A stretch of 64,000 bases of DNA, from the NCBI GenBank assembly GCA_965217865.1, contig CBDCJO010000002.1, positions 2,016,001 to 2,080,000 on the forward strand, in the 5' to 3' direction. Positions 50,749-60,971 of the stretch are shown here, one piece after another (position 1 is the first letter of the stretch; every line of letters starts with the position of its first letter). Source of the DNA: Candidatus Latescibacterota bacterium. GTDB lineage: Bacteria; Latescibacterota; UBA2968; SICM01. Both the position numbers and the translations under genes were made by a program. The notes under the pieces are model-generated. The model worked only from the letters and a program-made list of their open reading frames with translations, ran no database searches and had not been told where the DNA came from.

Positions 50749-51873
50749 TTATTGGGCCGTCGGAGTCTCTTCCAGAGGCAGAGAGCCATCGCCGGCAAGG
50801 GTTCCGGTTCGTAGGGGCTCCGGAGTCATCGTCCAGTCCCTTCGCGCAACCCGATACCCCCTGACGTGCCGGGCGGGAGGCGTGTCATCTATGATGTGCT
50901 GCACAACATAGATATCACCGCAATGAAGCTGTGTCCATCCGGAATAGCCCCAGTGACGGATCGATCCTCGGTCCACATCGAGCATCAGGTGTTCTCCGAA
51001 TACCCGTCCCTCCAGAGGCGTCTTTGCAGCCGCCTGCTCCTGGCTCTCGACGTACATACAGAACATCCCGCTGTAGTCGCAACGATAGGTCACAACCACC
51101 TCTCCGCTCCTAAGCAAGCCTGCCGCGGGTCGGCCCAGGCAGGACAACAGCCCCGTGCGGTAGGGACCCTGCCACGTTCGTCCCCCGTCCTCGCTGGTTG
51201 TCTTCAGGCTGTTGGGGGGATTTTTTTCTTCCCTTAGATAACAGGCGATAATCCCGTTGTCCAGTTCGACGAAGTCTCCCTCGGAGAAATCATGATCCTT
51301 CTTCTCCGCGACCGTGAGCGGGCCGTCCCACGTGAAGCCCAGATCACCCGATCGGTGCACCACCATCTTTTCCTCGCCCATTTCGTTCCACGTGCTGGTC
51401 CCGCAGAGCAGCATCCCGTCCCGAAGCTGCCTCAGGCTGGGTACCAGACCGTAGACCGGCGTCTTCTCGGGTCCCTCCCAGGTCATCCCGTTGTCTCGGC
51501 TGCGCCATAACCAGATGCGCGTCGCCTCGGCGGACTCTGCATGGCTTAGACCCATCTTCCCGGGAGACCAGTCCGCGATCAGAAGAAGTGTGCCGTCCAG
51601 GAGGCGGCACAGGCGTGGACAGTTGACAGCGCCCTTCTCCGCGGTAAGCTCGCAGACGGGCTCCACACCCCCCCATGTGGCCCCCTCGTCGAAGCTCCGG
51701 ACGACAGAGACCCGGGAGCCCGGTTTTCCCGGCAGATGTTGGATGACCGGGTCCCGTCGAGGATAGGTGTCGCTCTCCCGGAAGGCGCAGATCAGAGTGC
51801 CTTCCTTCGCCGCCACGATATCCGGCATGGACCGGCTCAGCCGGTCGTCCCGGCTGACGATAGACTTGATCAT
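50749..51873 (-). CDS. BNR/Asp-box (sialidase-like) protein
   Basis: SFDEGATW, SRDNGMTW, SGDLGFTW, SEDGGRTW, WGYS. Confidence 0.8.
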   Translation of the reverse strand: MIKSIVSRDDRLSRSMPDIVAAKEGTLICAFRESDTYPRRDPVIQHLPGKPGSRVSVVRSFDEGATWGGVEPVCELTAEKGAVNCPRLCRLLDGTLLLIADWSPGKMGLSHAESAEATRIWLWRSRDNGMTWEGPEKTPVYGLVPSLRQLRDGMLLCGTSTWNEMGEEKMVVHRSGDLGFTWDGPLTVAEKKDHDFSEGDFVELDNGIIACYLREEKNPPNSLKTTSEDGGRTWQGPYRTGLLSCLGRPAAGLLRSGEVVVTYRCDYSGMFCMYVESQEQAAAKTPLEGRVFGEHLMLDVDRGSIRHWGYSGWTQLHCGDIYVVQHIIDDTPPARHVRGYRVARRDWTMTPEPLRTGTLAGDGSLPLEETPTAQ

Positions 51874-51920
51874 CCTGGATCCTTCCTGCCCTGGCTTCTC
51901 AAGCGATAATAAGATGAATC

Positions 51921-53978
51921 TTACGGTTCAAAAACCACTGCAGTGTGGATCTCGACTTCAGGGATCTCTATCTTGACCTGGCCACTCTCGTGACGCCATT
52001 CCGGCGTCGCCCCACCCGGTTCCAGGGTGACCTTTTCAGGTTTTTTCTCCATCCGTATCGTCAAAACCACATCCCGCACAGGTAGCGTCTCTTCGATGCA
52101 CAGATCGTTCCCGTCGGCCGGACGGTTGCCGTGGTGGTTCACCAGGTGAACAATCGTGCGGCTTCCAGATGCCGTGGCCTGTTTGGACAGCGCCACCTCC
52201 AGCCAAGCCGGGGACTCCAGACGGATCGGGAAATCCGGGGACAGTTTCCGAATCAAGGACGATACCACACGCTTTAGCGGCCAGACGTTCTTGGCATGAT
52301 AGGCATGAAAAATATCGAACGGGATGTAGGAAACCGCCCCCTTCCCCACCCGTCGGAACGTGATCCCCGGATGTCCAGTCGATTCACCCGGTGGGGACCA
52401 GGAAAGCAGGGGCTTGCCGTCCCCCCGAAGATACGCCCGCCACAACTCGGCCAGAGTTTCCACGTCATTCGCCTGGGAACGCACCAGAAGACCCGTCCCG
52501 TCGATCAGATAGGGCATCGGCAGACGCTCCTCAACCAGATCGGGATCCGTCACGTTCAGATAGCAGTGCGGTTGAACCTCCTGTCCGGTCAGCGACACAC
52601 CCGTCAATTCGCTCAAGGCGAAGTCCCCGGTCGGCTCATAATCCGCACCAAGCGTCCCTGTCCGTCCGGTCACCAGCAGCCCGCCGCCATCCTTCACGTA
52701 GCCCCGAATCGCATCGACCAGCTCATCGCTCAACCGCCGCTGATCCGAGAGCACGATCACTGGATACCGCTCCGCTGACGACCTTTCGTGGGTGTGGGAC
52801 AACAGCCAGGCTTCGTCCACGAAATGATGCGGAAGCCCCGTCTCCATCAAAAGCTTATGCGCCCCCCGCTGGCTCACCGAGTCCACCCGCAGCATCGCCC
52901 CCCTGTTGAAATGGGCGTCCTCCGTATGCAGCACCGCGACGCACGCGCGGGGTTCCGCATCCACCAGAAGGGATTCCCGCTCCTTCACAAACCCGAGCGT
53001 CTTGCCCATTTCGGCCATGACTGCCGGTGCCACCTCGAACGTGTGCGTCATCTGGTACCCGATCCACGTGAGACCCCCGTTCGCGATCGCCGTCGCCACC
53101 TCGTGCTTCATGGCCGTTGCGGGTTTGCACCCCCAGTCCCCCCACCAACCCTTAAGATGCGCAGAGTTCATCACATCGAACGGTCTCGCCTTGGTGGCCC
53201 AGCCCCGGGCGTCATACGACCCATTGAACATCTGGTCATCAGGCAAGATATCCGCCCCCAGCGCGCCCACGTGCCGGGGAACGCGCTCAGGTATCCGCAT
53301 CGTATAGGACCAGTTGTAGGAGACGATCATCTCAGGCCGATGGCGATGGATCCTGTCGCTGATCATCTCCCGGATGCCCCGGATGTCCTCCAAGCGCCAC
53401 TTCACGAACCGGGCCCATTGAGGGTCGTTCTCTTCCGCCGGCGGCTCTCCCCCTACCTCCTTTGAAAAACGATCACGACAGCTCTGACAGCGGCATTCCG
53501 GATTCGCTTTGAGCCCGTCGAAGAACAGGGCATCCAACGGGTAGTTCGTTACGATCTCTTCGACGTGCGGAAGGAAGTAGGCTTCCAGAAACGGGCCCTG
53601 CATGCAGATCTCGTTGCCGACCAGCTTTCCTTTCCCATCCCTCTGGCGCCATTCGGGACGTTCCCGGCAGATCGGGTCGCTTCCTAACACGTGGTAATAC
53701 CCGATCGCCTTGATCCCCCGCCGATGCAGGGATTCAATCTGATCTCCCACCAGGTCCACCCCCTCCGGCAGATGGGGGTGGACATACCGCAACTTGCCCC
53801 GTCTGTAATAAGACCAACCGAAGTGGCATGTGCAGAAAACTAAAATCGCCTGGGCATGGGCTGACGCCACCTGGTCCGCCCAGCGCTCTGCGTCGAACGC
53901 GGAGGCAAGACCCACAGCCGTCTCCTGGCTGTGAAAGTCAAAATAAAGTTTTCGATACGCCGTGTCGTACCAGGTCAT
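51921..53978 (-). CDS. GHL6/GH42-like protein, copy B
   Basis: Near-identical to 44506..46560; true start MTWYDT at 53978. Confidence 0.75.
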   Translation of the reverse strand: MTWYDTAYRKLYFDFHSQETAVGLASAFDAERWADQVASAHAQAILVFCTCHFGWSYYRRGKLRYVHPHLPEGVDLVGDQIESLHRRGIKAIGYYHVLGSDPICRERPEWRQRDGKGKLVGNEICMQGPFLEAYFLPHVEEIVTNYPLDALFFDGLKANPECRCQSCRDRFSKEVGGEPPAEENDPQWARFVKWRLEDIRGIREMISDRIHRHRPEMIVSYNWSYTMRIPERVPRHVGALGADILPDDQMFNGSYDARGWATKARPFDVMNSAHLKGWWGDWGCKPATAMKHEVATAIANGGLTWIGYQMTHTFEVAPAVMAEMGKTLGFVKERESLLVDAEPRACVAVLHTEDAHFNRGAMLRVDSVSQRGAHKLLMETGLPHHFVDEAWLLSHTHERSSAERYPVIVLSDQRRLSDELVDAIRGYVKDGGGLLVTGRTGTLGADYEPTGDFALSELTGVSLTGQEVQPHCYLNVTDPDLVEERLPMPYLIDGTGLLVRSQANDVETLAELWRAYLRGDGKPLLSWSPPGESTGHPGITFRRVGKGAVSYIPFDIFHAYHAKNVWPLKRVVSSLIRKLSPDFPIRLESPAWLEVALSKQATASGSRTIVHLVNHHGNRPADGNDLCIEETLPVRDVVLTIRMEKKPEKVTLEPGGATPEWRHESGQVKIEIPEVEIHTAVVFEP

Positions 53979-53982
53979 GTTG

Positions 53983-55293
53983 TCAGCCCTCGTAGAGCCA
54001 GGCCAGCGGCACCCCCTTGACCTTGCCGAACCAGTCGCGGATCCCGGTGATAGGGGCGTCTTCCGGCCATTCAGAGATGGGCACCATCTCGTTTGCGCCG
54101 TACCCGAACAGGACCATATCCTCCGCGAAGGCGATACTCGGATAGGCGAAGACGCCGAAGTCAACCGGGATATCCCCGACGTCATCCAGCGAATGGTACG
54201 TGCGGATCGGCGGGGGTTCGATCTTTCCCACCGGGGACAATCCGCCGCCCATCTCAAGGGTCTTGAAGTTTTCCCACGTCTCTCCGTGATCCCTGGAGAT
54301 GGCCACACACAGCCGGCACCTTTTGAGGCAGCGAAGAATCTCATCGGCCGACATCTGGTTCCAGATCATCACCAGGTCCGCTGATGACGGGATCCGCCGG
54401 ACCATACAGGGTGAATCGGAGGAGGCCAGCTCCGTCGGTTCGGGTACGGACCAGTGCTCCCCCCCATCCGTTGAAACGCAGCGATAGATCCTCCCCAGTA
54501 CCGTCCGACCGAACATCAGAACCCGGTCGTCCGCGGTCTCGACAGTAACCGGCTCGTCGAACGGGCTGTGACCCCCGAAGTTTTCTTCCGAGGGCAGGGG
54601 CCAGACCCACAGGTCGTTCGGACCCGAGCCCCACGTCTCGCCCAGATCGTCCGAATAAAAAACCACCGACCCCCCGAACTCCGGATGGTGGTGGTGGCCC
54701 TCCACGAGCATGCGGCGCCCCTGGTAATTTCCGTAACCCCCCTTTGCGAGGTGCCCTCTCCCCTCACCGGTATACTCCGGATGATAAGGGTCAGTGACCC
54801 ACCAGATCACCGGTGCGAGAAGCCTTCCGCTCTCCAGCTGGATGAGGCTGTTGTTCGAGGCCAGAAAAGCCTCTCCGGGCCGGCCCAGTTGGAGTGGTCC
54901 ATCCCAGGAATGACCCTCGTCCTCGGAATTTAAAAAAGACGTATAACGGGTACCGTTTCCGGCATTGTGGCGGTATTTGTCGGCGTCGTTCTGCCGCCGG
55001 TCCACGTAAAGCGCCCCCAGAGTTCCGGAGGCGAATCTCCCGACGGCAGTAATCGAGCCCTTAGTCGGCGCGAGCCACCCCACGTCCCCCGCGGGCACCT
55101 CCTCGTTGTCGGTCAACGCCTCCCCCCCCGCCTGCCGGATCTCGCACGGTTCGCCCCATGTCCGGCCGCCATCCTCGCTGTAGAAACCCTGGCACTTCCC
55201 CGTATCGAGCGCAAAAAGTCGGAGTCCGCCCAGCTCGACCAGCAGGGGCCAGCTGTATCCGACCTTTACCTCAAAACCGCCTTCCACTTCCAT
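53983..55293 (-). CDS. BNR/Asp-box (sialidase-like) protein
   Basis: Five Asp boxes; paralog of 37677 and 58715; GGAGG before ATG 55293. Confidence 0.85.
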   Translation of the reverse strand: MEVEGGFEVKVGYSWPLLVELGGLRLFALDTGKCQGFYSEDGGRTWGEPCEIRQAGGEALTDNEEVPAGDVGWLAPTKGSITAVGRFASGTLGALYVDRRQNDADKYRHNAGNGTRYTSFLNSEDEGHSWDGPLQLGRPGEAFLASNNSLIQLESGRLLAPVIWWVTDPYHPEYTGEGRGHLAKGGYGNYQGRRMLVEGHHHHPEFGGSVVFYSDDLGETWGSGPNDLWVWPLPSEENFGGHSPFDEPVTVETADDRVLMFGRTVLGRIYRCVSTDGGEHWSVPEPTELASSDSPCMVRRIPSSADLVMIWNQMSADEILRCLKRCRLCVAISRDHGETWENFKTLEMGGGLSPVGKIEPPPIRTYHSLDDVGDIPVDFGVFAYPSIAFAEDMVLFGYGANEMVPISEWPEDAPITGIRDWFGKVKGVPLAWLYEG

Positions 55294-55373
55294 TTTGGCC
55301 TCCCCCAGAAGGTAAGGCATCGGTCTGTCGTTCCATCACCGCTCGTGGGTGAATCCGGGAAAGCCGGGCGACA

Positions 55374-57027
55374 TCAGTTGTAATATCGCGTCAGGAGCTC
55401 CTGCACCTCCGGATCCAGCGTCTTGGGCCTGAAATCTCCGACCCCCAGGACGCGGAAGCCAAGTGGTGGCAGGTCCAAGTCGATCGTTGTACCATCCCGG
55501 GTTTCATGGTGGTCCGGGGCAGTTCGTGTAGACCGCGTCGAAGGAATCTCCGTATCGGGCTTGCGTCAGATCGCGTTTTTCGTGCCGCCTGAGATCGTCT
55601 GTCCATCCCTTCGCCGGGGCATATGTCATTGGCTGCCAGCTCGGATCGCGCTTGTTCGGAACCGTCTCCCCTTCAAAATGCCGTGAATGTCCCGGAAAAA
55701 TGACCTCGAAGATATTATCCAGCATGTGATCCCCCGGGGTGAACGGGAACTCCCCCCACGTCTTGAACTCCCCCCTCCGATAGTCCCCAAAGAATCCCGA
55801 ACCCCAGCCGTGGTTCTGGTCCATCACCAATCCTATTGGAATGACCAGTCTCCCTCGATCGCGGTGCCGCCAGAGGGCGAAATCCCCGAACAGCTTCGCA
55901 CGGTCTCCCGCGGGAGTCCTCCTTAGCGGAGATGCCTTGGGATCCGTGTAAACCGCAGTCGATGTATACGTCCGGTGATGCCAGTCGGACCCCGGCATCG
56001 CCAGTGCAAGCCGCTCGAAGTTGTCCTTCGGCTCGTTCACAAGCAGGTCTTCGTCTCTCCACCAGCTCCCGAACCCGTACTCCGGCACGAGCATATTCGT
56101 CCCGGATAGATACGACACGAGCCACGTGCGATGCAAGAGATCGGCGGAATGGCCGCTCCAGACTTCCTCCAGGTCGCTGTCAAAGAAACAGCCCCCTCCC
56201 AGCGACATGTAGATTCCCCATTGGCGACCGTACTGTCGGGCAGCGCCTCGAAGGCACGCGATCCCGATCTGGGTCGACCCCAGGCCGCAGCCCCGTTCCA
56301 TCAGAACCATCGGCGCACCCCAGGCATAGCGCAGTTGCGGGTCCGTGAGCCTCGCCGTGAACTCCGACCATTGGATCTCATCAGGATCCAGCCCGCGCTC
56401 CTTCACGTATTCATCAAAAGCAGGCACCGTCAGTCGCAAGGGATCGCCTTCGAATTCCACCTGGTTTCCCACCATTCGGACAAAACGGAAAAAATCGCGC
56501 TTGCGCATCGCCTCGTCGAACCAGCGCCGGGCGTCCCCTTTGGTCTGCCATCCATCGGCGTATCCCGGCCAGCCCATCCTTCGGGTGTGATGCAGATCGC
56601 CCCCATACTCCCCGTGCGTGACCCACCAGACTGTCCGGGGAGGCATTTCGCGCATGGTCTTTAAATACTCGTCCACCTTCCAGTCAACGAATTCGCGGAT
56701 GGGCATTCCGATCTCGAACGCCCGGCGAGACACACGAACCATCTTCTCCGGCGGCGTATCTTCGGGATAGATGTGGTTCTCGGTGCACAGGTTGCACACG
56801 CTTCCCACGCCGTACTTCTTCAGCATCGACGTGGGAAGGGCCCAATATGGAGGGTACCAGCCCAGCTCCCAGTAAAAGGCGTTGAAGCTCCGCTCGGCGC
56901 ATGCCCGGTCCGGCAGGTAGGTCGAACCCTGTCCCCGAACGGGACATGGCCAGAAATAGGGGGCGAAAAGAAACATGTCGCCGCCTACTTCTATCGTGGA
57001 AAGGGGGCTGGGGCTTTCGCCTGACAT
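55374..57027 (-). pseudogene. family X distant paralog 3, apparently with an internal deletion
   Basis: LRGAARQYG, IPIGLVMDQNHGW and YGDSFD match paralogs; ORF stops at 55504 and a plausible tail (TIDLDLPPLGFRVL...YYN*) follows in another frame. Confidence 0.55.
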
Positions 57028-57167
57028 GCTAATCTCCCTTGGTCAAAACCCGATCCTGGTTATCCGCCCCTCAGTTTCTCTATCTGCCACTTGGCCGCGA
57101 TGGTAAGACATCACGTCGACGAGTGCGACGTACCGCACCGAAAGGGTGTGTCCTGAACACGGACTCC

Positions 57168-58604
57168 TCACTCCTCCGCAAACGGGTCGCTGGTTTCCTG
57201 GTAAGCACGGAGCCGCTGCCAGAACAAGCTCACGCGCTTCATCCTCTCTTCCTCAAAGCTGCTCAGTATGTTGATCCGGGGGGCGGGGTGCAACATCGAG
57301 ATCGACCACATGGAGAGGAGCCTCGGCTGGTACTTCTTGACAAAGCCCCATCGGGCGATCTCCTCCTGGGGGTCCAGCGCATTGTTCATCTGCGGGCGAG
57401 GGTCGACCTTGGACCAATCAGCGTGCGTATAGCACCATTTCTCCGAGCTGTCTCCGTGCAGCAGCACGCCGTGGTTCTGCCGTGCTCTGTCGTCGATCAG
57501 CATCAGGAAAAGGTCGTGCCTCTTCTCCAATTGGGCATCCTTCACTTTTCCTCGGAACTCGTGGGTGATGTAGGTAATCTCGGGCGCCCTCCCCAGCGCC
57601 TCCACATCGATGGCGCCCTGGTAGCCCCAAAACGCGCCTGTGTTCAGCTCCGGGTCGGTCACCTTCTCGTAGGAGAGCAGCCACGGGCTGCTCCCGAAGT
57701 ACTCGACGCCGTGCCAGGTTGGATTGTGCCGGTTGGCTTCGTGCAGGAGTCTGGCGAACGGGCGCAGATAGATGTTCAGGTACATCTCGCACCGGAACTG
57801 CTCCCAGTGGGCCCACACGCCGGTGTTGCGCGGCCGGTTCACGACAGGTTCATCGGTCACGATCTGCGGAAGCGCCTGAAGACCCGGATAGTACGCGGTT
57901 CTGCCTTTGCCGTTCGCCACCATGCCGGGCTCGTGGACGGGGAACTTGTCCACGAGCTTATCCTCGTGCGTGACTTCGTGTTTCCGGCAGTACTCACGCC
58001 ACTTCTCCAGGGAGTAGTCGCTGTACGAGGGACGCTGCCAGTATGGGATCAGGCCCTTTTCCACAACCCGTCCGTAAAGCGAATGGCTGTGGCACTCCTC
58101 CGGCCAGCGGAAGCCCTGGAAGCCCCCCTCCATATGATCCAGGAAGTCCTCCTTGAATATGCCGAACACCCACTCCACGGCTTCGGGATTGAACCAGTCC
58201 GGCTCCGGACGCATGCTCCAGTTCTTAAGCGGGGTCTGGATGAACCCATCCTTGCTAAGCTGCTTGCCCGCAAGCTTCATCGGCACCTGAGGGAAAACGT
58301 TGAACGTCTTGAACAGTCGCGGAGTCACCCATACATCCACGCCGGCGTCCTGCATCATTTTGGCGAGATCCATCACCGGGTCGACATCCGCCTTCTGAAA
58401 GACCATTGGGATGAATTCGATGCCGTCCAGCTTGCGCTTCTTCCACTCGTCGATCTGGACCTTGGCCGCTTCCCGGGTGTTCAGGTACCATCCGTTATGG
58501 TCCATCTCAACAATGAACTGCCCTTCTGGGCCGGCGACGGCATAATCCTGAGGCAGAAAGTACCCGCGTTTCACCGATGAGACCTGATGCAGTCGAGCCT
58601 TCAT
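57168..58604 (-). CDS. hypothetical protein, possibly GH-like TIM barrel
   Basis: 478 aa, host-like codon use, AGGAG RBS, co-oriented with the locus; fold is a guess. Confidence 0.6.
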   Translation of the reverse strand: MKARLHQVSSVKRGYFLPQDYAVAGPEGQFIVEMDHNGWYLNTREAAKVQIDEWKKRKLDGIEFIPMVFQKADVDPVMDLAKMMQDAGVDVWVTPRLFKTFNVFPQVPMKLAGKQLSKDGFIQTPLKNWSMRPEPDWFNPEAVEWVFGIFKEDFLDHMEGGFQGFRWPEECHSHSLYGRVVEKGLIPYWQRPSYSDYSLEKWREYCRKHEVTHEDKLVDKFPVHEPGMVANGKGRTAYYPGLQALPQIVTDEPVVNRPRNTGVWAHWEQFRCEMYLNIYLRPFARLLHEANRHNPTWHGVEYFGSSPWLLSYEKVTDPELNTGAFWGYQGAIDVEALGRAPEITYITHEFRGKVKDAQLEKRHDLFLMLIDDRARQNHGVLLHGDSSEKWCYTHADWSKVDPRPQMNNALDPQEEIARWGFVKKYQPRLLSMWSISMLHPAPRINILSSFEEERMKRVSLFWQRLRAYQETSDPFAEE

Positions 58605-58714
58605 GTCAAATTTCTCCTAAAGATCAGGAAGCCGGAAATGCTTGACCTTGCCGTGACAATCACGTTCAACTCGTATCGCCGGCCAGTCTGCCTTCCCCTC
58701 TGCCGTCTCACGTC

Positions 58715-60001
58715 TCACGTTTCGTCATACAGCCACGATACCGGAAAGGCGTTCACCTTCGAGTATACGTCCCGTTCCCCCTGGATCCGCGTCTGGTCAT
58801 TCCACTCGGACACCGGCTTCATTATCTGTACGCTGTAGGAAAACAGGACCATCTCCTCCACAAAAACGATCTCGGGATAGTCGAAGCAGCCGAAGTCGAT
58901 CGGGACCTCCCCCACATCCTCCAGGGAATGATAATGACGGATCGGGGGAGGCTCGATACGGCCTGCCGAAGGAAGCCCGCTGGAATCGATCGTCTTGAAG
59001 TTCGTCCACGTATCACCCTCGTCTCTGGAGATCGCGACACATATCCGGGACCGTTTGAGGCCGCGCAGAATCTCCTCTCCGCTGATCTGATTCCAGATCA
59101 TGACAAGGTCGCCCTTCGAAGGGACACGCCGGATAAAACACGGGGAGTCGGAAGAGGCGATCTGCGTCGGTCGGGGGATCGACCAGTTGACCCCCCCGTC
59201 TTCCGAAAGGACTTCATAGAACCGCCCCATCAAAGTACGGCAGACCATCCGCAACCGCCCGTCCTTGAGCTCAACCATAACCGGCTCGTAAAGGGCCGAG
59301 TGTCCGCCCATCATCCCCTCCATCGGGAGCGGCCAGATCCAGAGGTTGTTGGGGCTCGATTTCCACGTCCGTCCGAGGTCGTCTGAGTAGTACACGATCA
59401 CCGCGCCGAATTCGGGGGTGTGGCAATGACCCTCGACGAGCACGCGGCGTCCCTGATACGTGCCGTACCCGCCACAGAACGAGTGCCCCGTCCCCTCCCC
59501 CCTGTACTCCGGATGGTTGTAATCGGCGACATACCAGTTGAACGGAACGACAAGGCGTCCCGTGCTCAACTGAATCATGCTGTTGATGTTCTCGATGTGA
59601 TCGATCGGGAAGCTGATGTCCCCGACCCGGCTCCAGGTCTTCCCCTCATCCCGTGAAATCCTAAAATACATCCGGTTCCACTTGTTGTGCGGATACTCGC
59701 CACCGGGATCTGCGGGGACCCGGTGAACCGCGCCGAGCTCACCCGTGGAGAGGCGAATAACCGATGCCAGGTTCCCCGGTAGAGGTGCGGTCGAATCCGG
59801 ATCCGGGGAAACTTCGGCCTCTCCCTCGACAGGAGACTCCCCGCTCTGAAGGACTTCGAACGGATCTCCCCAGGTGCGTCCTCCGTCCTCGCTGACGATT
59901 CCCTGGTTTCCGAAGGCGCTGAACACCCGCGTTCCGCCTAGACTCACCAGGTTTCGAAGGGGAGGTTCACATCGCGTCTCAAAACCGGTTTCCGCATTCA
60001 T
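58715..60001 (-). CDS. BNR/Asp-box (sialidase-like) protein
   Basis: Five Asp boxes; FDYP; paralog of 37677 and 53983. Confidence 0.85.
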   Translation of the reverse strand: MNAETGFETRCEPPLRNLVSLGGTRVFSAFGNQGIVSEDGGRTWGDPFEVLQSGESPVEGEAEVSPDPDSTAPLPGNLASVIRLSTGELGAVHRVPADPGGEYPHNKWNRMYFRISRDEGKTWSRVGDISFPIDHIENINSMIQLSTGRLVVPFNWYVADYNHPEYRGEGTGHSFCGGYGTYQGRRVLVEGHCHTPEFGAVIVYYSDDLGRTWKSSPNNLWIWPLPMEGMMGGHSALYEPVMVELKDGRLRMVCRTLMGRFYEVLSEDGGVNWSIPRPTQIASSDSPCFIRRVPSKGDLVMIWNQISGEEILRGLKRSRICVAISRDEGDTWTNFKTIDSSGLPSAGRIEPPPIRHYHSLEDVGEVPIDFGCFDYPEIVFVEEMVLFSYSVQIMKPVSEWNDQTRIQGERDVYSKVNAFPVSWLYDET

Positions 60002-60031
60002 GGGTTCTCACTCCTTTTGGAACGTACATCC

Positions 60032-60934
60032 CTATCCGACCTCGACAACGGGCTCGACCATATCTTCCTTGAGATAAGCATAAGCCATGTGCTCCGTATT
60101 GTGATCCTGCGCGATGCGTCCCTCGCGGTCGATCAGGATGACACCACCGACACCCTGCACCCGGTCTGCCAGAACTCGGACCGCCTCCCCGGCAGCCTCC
60201 TGCGCCGGTTGATCGGAGGACATAAAATCCACTGCCTGCCGGGCCATGGAAATTCGGGCGATGCCTTCACCCCACCCCGTGCAGGACGCCCCACCCCCTG
60301 AAGCATCTGCGTAGAATCCGCATCCGATCAGCGGCACGTCACCCACTCGTCCCGGCCGTTTGTTCGGGCCGCCCCCGGTGGACGTACCCGAGGCCACGTG
60401 ACCTGATCGGTCGAAGGCCACAGCACCCACAGTTGAGAAGTCCTTCCGGCCGAACAGCTCATCCCTCCAGTCCGGAGAGGCGGATTGCATCCTGAGCCAC
60501 CGATCCCGCTCCCGTTCGACAACCAGGTCCGCCTCGGAGCAATCCGGGACGCCGACCTCCTTCGCGAACCGGGTGGCCCCCGGACCGGCGATCAGGATAT
60601 GCTCGCTCTCGAGAACCCGTCGGGACAGTGCGATGGGATTGCGGACCATGTGGACCGCGGCCACGGCACCGGCTGCGAGATTCGACCCATCCATAATTCC
60701 GGCATCCATCTCGACCTGACCGTCCGCATTCAGGGATGAACCCGTCCCCGCGTTAAAAGTCGGATCGTCCTCCATCCTGGCGATCGCCCCTTCTACCGCG
60801 TCCAGCGCGCTTCCCCCCTCACTAAGGATATCCCAGGCGAAGAGAACGGCTTCGCGGCACCCCTCGGAGTGGGGTTCGAGCTGGTCTTCGGGAATGCTCC
60901 AGGCCCCTCCGTGGACGATGACTCCGAGCGACAC
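60032..60934 (-). CDS. iaaA: isoaspartyl peptidase / L-asparaginase (Ntn hydrolase)
   Basis: VHGGAW, FNAGTGS, EMDAGIMDG, TVGAVA, TSTGG, GRVGD, CTGWGE. Confidence 0.88.
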   Translation of the reverse strand: MSLGVIVHGGAWSIPEDQLEPHSEGCREAVLFAWDILSEGGSALDAVEGAIARMEDDPTFNAGTGSSLNADGQVEMDAGIMDGSNLAAGAVAAVHMVRNPIALSRRVLESEHILIAGPGATRFAKEVGVPDCSEADLVVERERDRWLRMQSASPDWRDELFGRKDFSTVGAVAFDRSGHVASGTSTGGGPNKRPGRVGDVPLIGCGFYADASGGGASCTGWGEGIARISMARQAVDFMSSDQPAQEAAGEAVRVLADRVQGVGGVILIDREGRIAQDHNTEHMAYAYLKEDMVEPVVEVG

Positions 60935-60971
60935 GATTGTCCTCCTAAATTTCGATGGTTGCCGGTTCTTA

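Noticed and set aside
44506-53978. Diversity-generating retroelement TR/VR pair
   Set aside because: Whole-gene duplication, mismatches not adenine-specific, no reverse transcriptase in the window.
53979-54344. N-terminal extension of the 807-aa ORF
   Set aside because: It overlaps the upstream BNR gene, and the paralog starts at MTWYDT (53978).
57039-58580. Long + strand ORFs such as 513 aa at 57039, 402 aa at 36496 and 367 aa at 39765
   Set aside because: Antisense shadows of real minus-strand genes in GC-rich DNA; no motifs.
60032-60934. Glycosylasparaginase call supporting N-glycan use
   Set aside because: The cleavage site reads STVGAV (IaaA-like), not DTIG; its link to the locus may be positional only.
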